From Nitrospirales bacterium (lineage in GTDB: Bacteria > Nitrospirota > Nitrospiria > Nitrospirales > UBA8639): a stretch of 64,000 nucleotides of DNA. Positions 63,050 through 64,000 of this stretch are shown piece after piece. Below the pieces are notes generated by a model. It did no database searches. It had not been told where the DNA came from and worked only from the letters and a program-made list of their open reading frames with translations. Positions within the stretch are counted from its first letter, which is position 1; each line of letters opens with the position of its first letter. The position numbers were made by a program, and so were the translations under genes. The DNA lies in contig OY729426.1 in assembly GCA_963422365.1 (NCBI GenBank), positions 512,001 to 576,000 on the forward strand, in the 5' to 3' direction.

Positions 63050-63687
63050 CCCTGCTCGACGGCAGGGACATGCCTCATGCGCCGACCCTGGATCACAGGC
63101 TACCCCCAACAGAACAACCCACCTCCTGTGGTACACATTATTGACCCATGCAGTCACCGTGATCCCATTCCCAACTCTTCTACACTGAAACCACTTGCTT
63201 CTTTAACGGAATCTCTGATTTATTCCATTATCAGGCGCATGGCGGCGTGGTGTCCTCGCTCAACCCTCACCTATCTCTGTGATAAGCCTCGGGTTTCGCA
63301 GCAGGATGCCTTGCCCTGCACCCCGCTCTCACCATAAATCAGAGATTCCTAACGTGTGCGTCTGCGCGACTGGATTGCATCTTATTCAGGAATTCCTGAT
63401 ACCGTCAACCGGCAAAGGGGAAACCTGTCCTGCTTGTCGTAAATGTTCACTCATTTGTTGACAGAATAAGGGGCTATCTATTCTCCTTCTATTGTAGCGG
63501 CGCCATCCCCTCACATGCTTCATGTCGCCGGTTCTCCGTATTTATGGACACAGACGTGCCTATCCAGTATAGTGCCTCGTTGAGACAATCTAGGCACACG
63601 ACGGTTGCCCTACATTTTCACTAACCGACTAGGCACATCCTTTCCCTGATTCTCCTGTAACCGACATCAAAAACCTACTCCCTCTCC

Positions 63688-64000
63688 ATGATTGCTCTCT
63701 CGTGTCACGATATCAGTAAGTCCTATGGGCACTTTCAGGTGTTACATCATATTCATTTGACCCTCGTTGAGGGTGAATGTTTTGCCCTGTTTGGACCCAA
63801 CGGTGCAGGCAAAACCACGTTGTTGAAAATATTGGCCACCCTTCAACGGCCCAGTACGGGACATTATGAAATTCTTGGCCTGAATGGGCTCAAGGAAAAA
63901 GACGCTATTCGAGCCGACCTCATTTTTTTAGCCCATGGCACGCATTTGTACGATGAGTTAAATGCCAAAGAAAATCTGGAGTTTGCCCTCGCCCTACGGG
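63688..64000 (+). CDS. ccmA: ABC ATP-binding protein, CcmA-like (runs off the window; absent from the ORF track)
   Basis: Hand translation MIALSCHDISKSYG...LFGPNGAGKTTLLKILATLQRP...LYDELNAKENLEF; divergent from ccdA/TlpA. Confidence 0.7.
   Translation, partial: MIALSCHDISKSYGHFQVLHHIHLTLVEGECFALFGPNGAGKTTLLKILATLQRPSTGHYEILGLNGLKEKDAIRADLIFLAHGTHLYDELNAKENLEFALALR

Overview
This 64-kb bacterial window most likely comes from a Nitrospirales (nitrite-oxidiser) genome; that is inferred from gene content, not from a search. From left to right it holds: (1) a phosphate-acquisition region with an OprO/P-type porin end, CBS protein, broken psiE, broken sixA, an IMPase-family phosphatase and phoB-phoR-pstSCAB-phoU, interrupted by a ~7.2-kb decayed FN3/Calx-beta-like/cadherin autotransporter adhesin with a poly-G/C tract in its signal region; (2) a signalling island with an input-less NifA-like sigma54 activator, a membrane kinase combining a NarX/PilJ-type 'AGRQRM' sensor, PAS and a canonical LOV blue-light domain (GRNCRFLQG), a REC-PAS-sigma54 activator and an Rcp1-like regulator; (3) two matching sigma54 promoters (TGTCTCA enhancers + IHF site + -24/-12), the second leading into a putative light-stress operon (two FGE-family proteins, TIGR01777, PDZ, DUF523-DUF1722/RudS-like, CbiX-like); (4) lspA-ileS-nadA, a dead NotI-like restriction-modification pair, and a TPP riboswitch with thiC and a His-type thi4; (5) a three-gene unknown/MbcA-ParS-type antitoxin/RES-toxin module; (6) housekeeping genes (smc, ispH, fabH, bamD, ccdA, TlpA-like, ccmA-like). 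The best novelty candidates are the nitrate-type-sensor + LOV sigma54 light-response system and the tripartite RES module.
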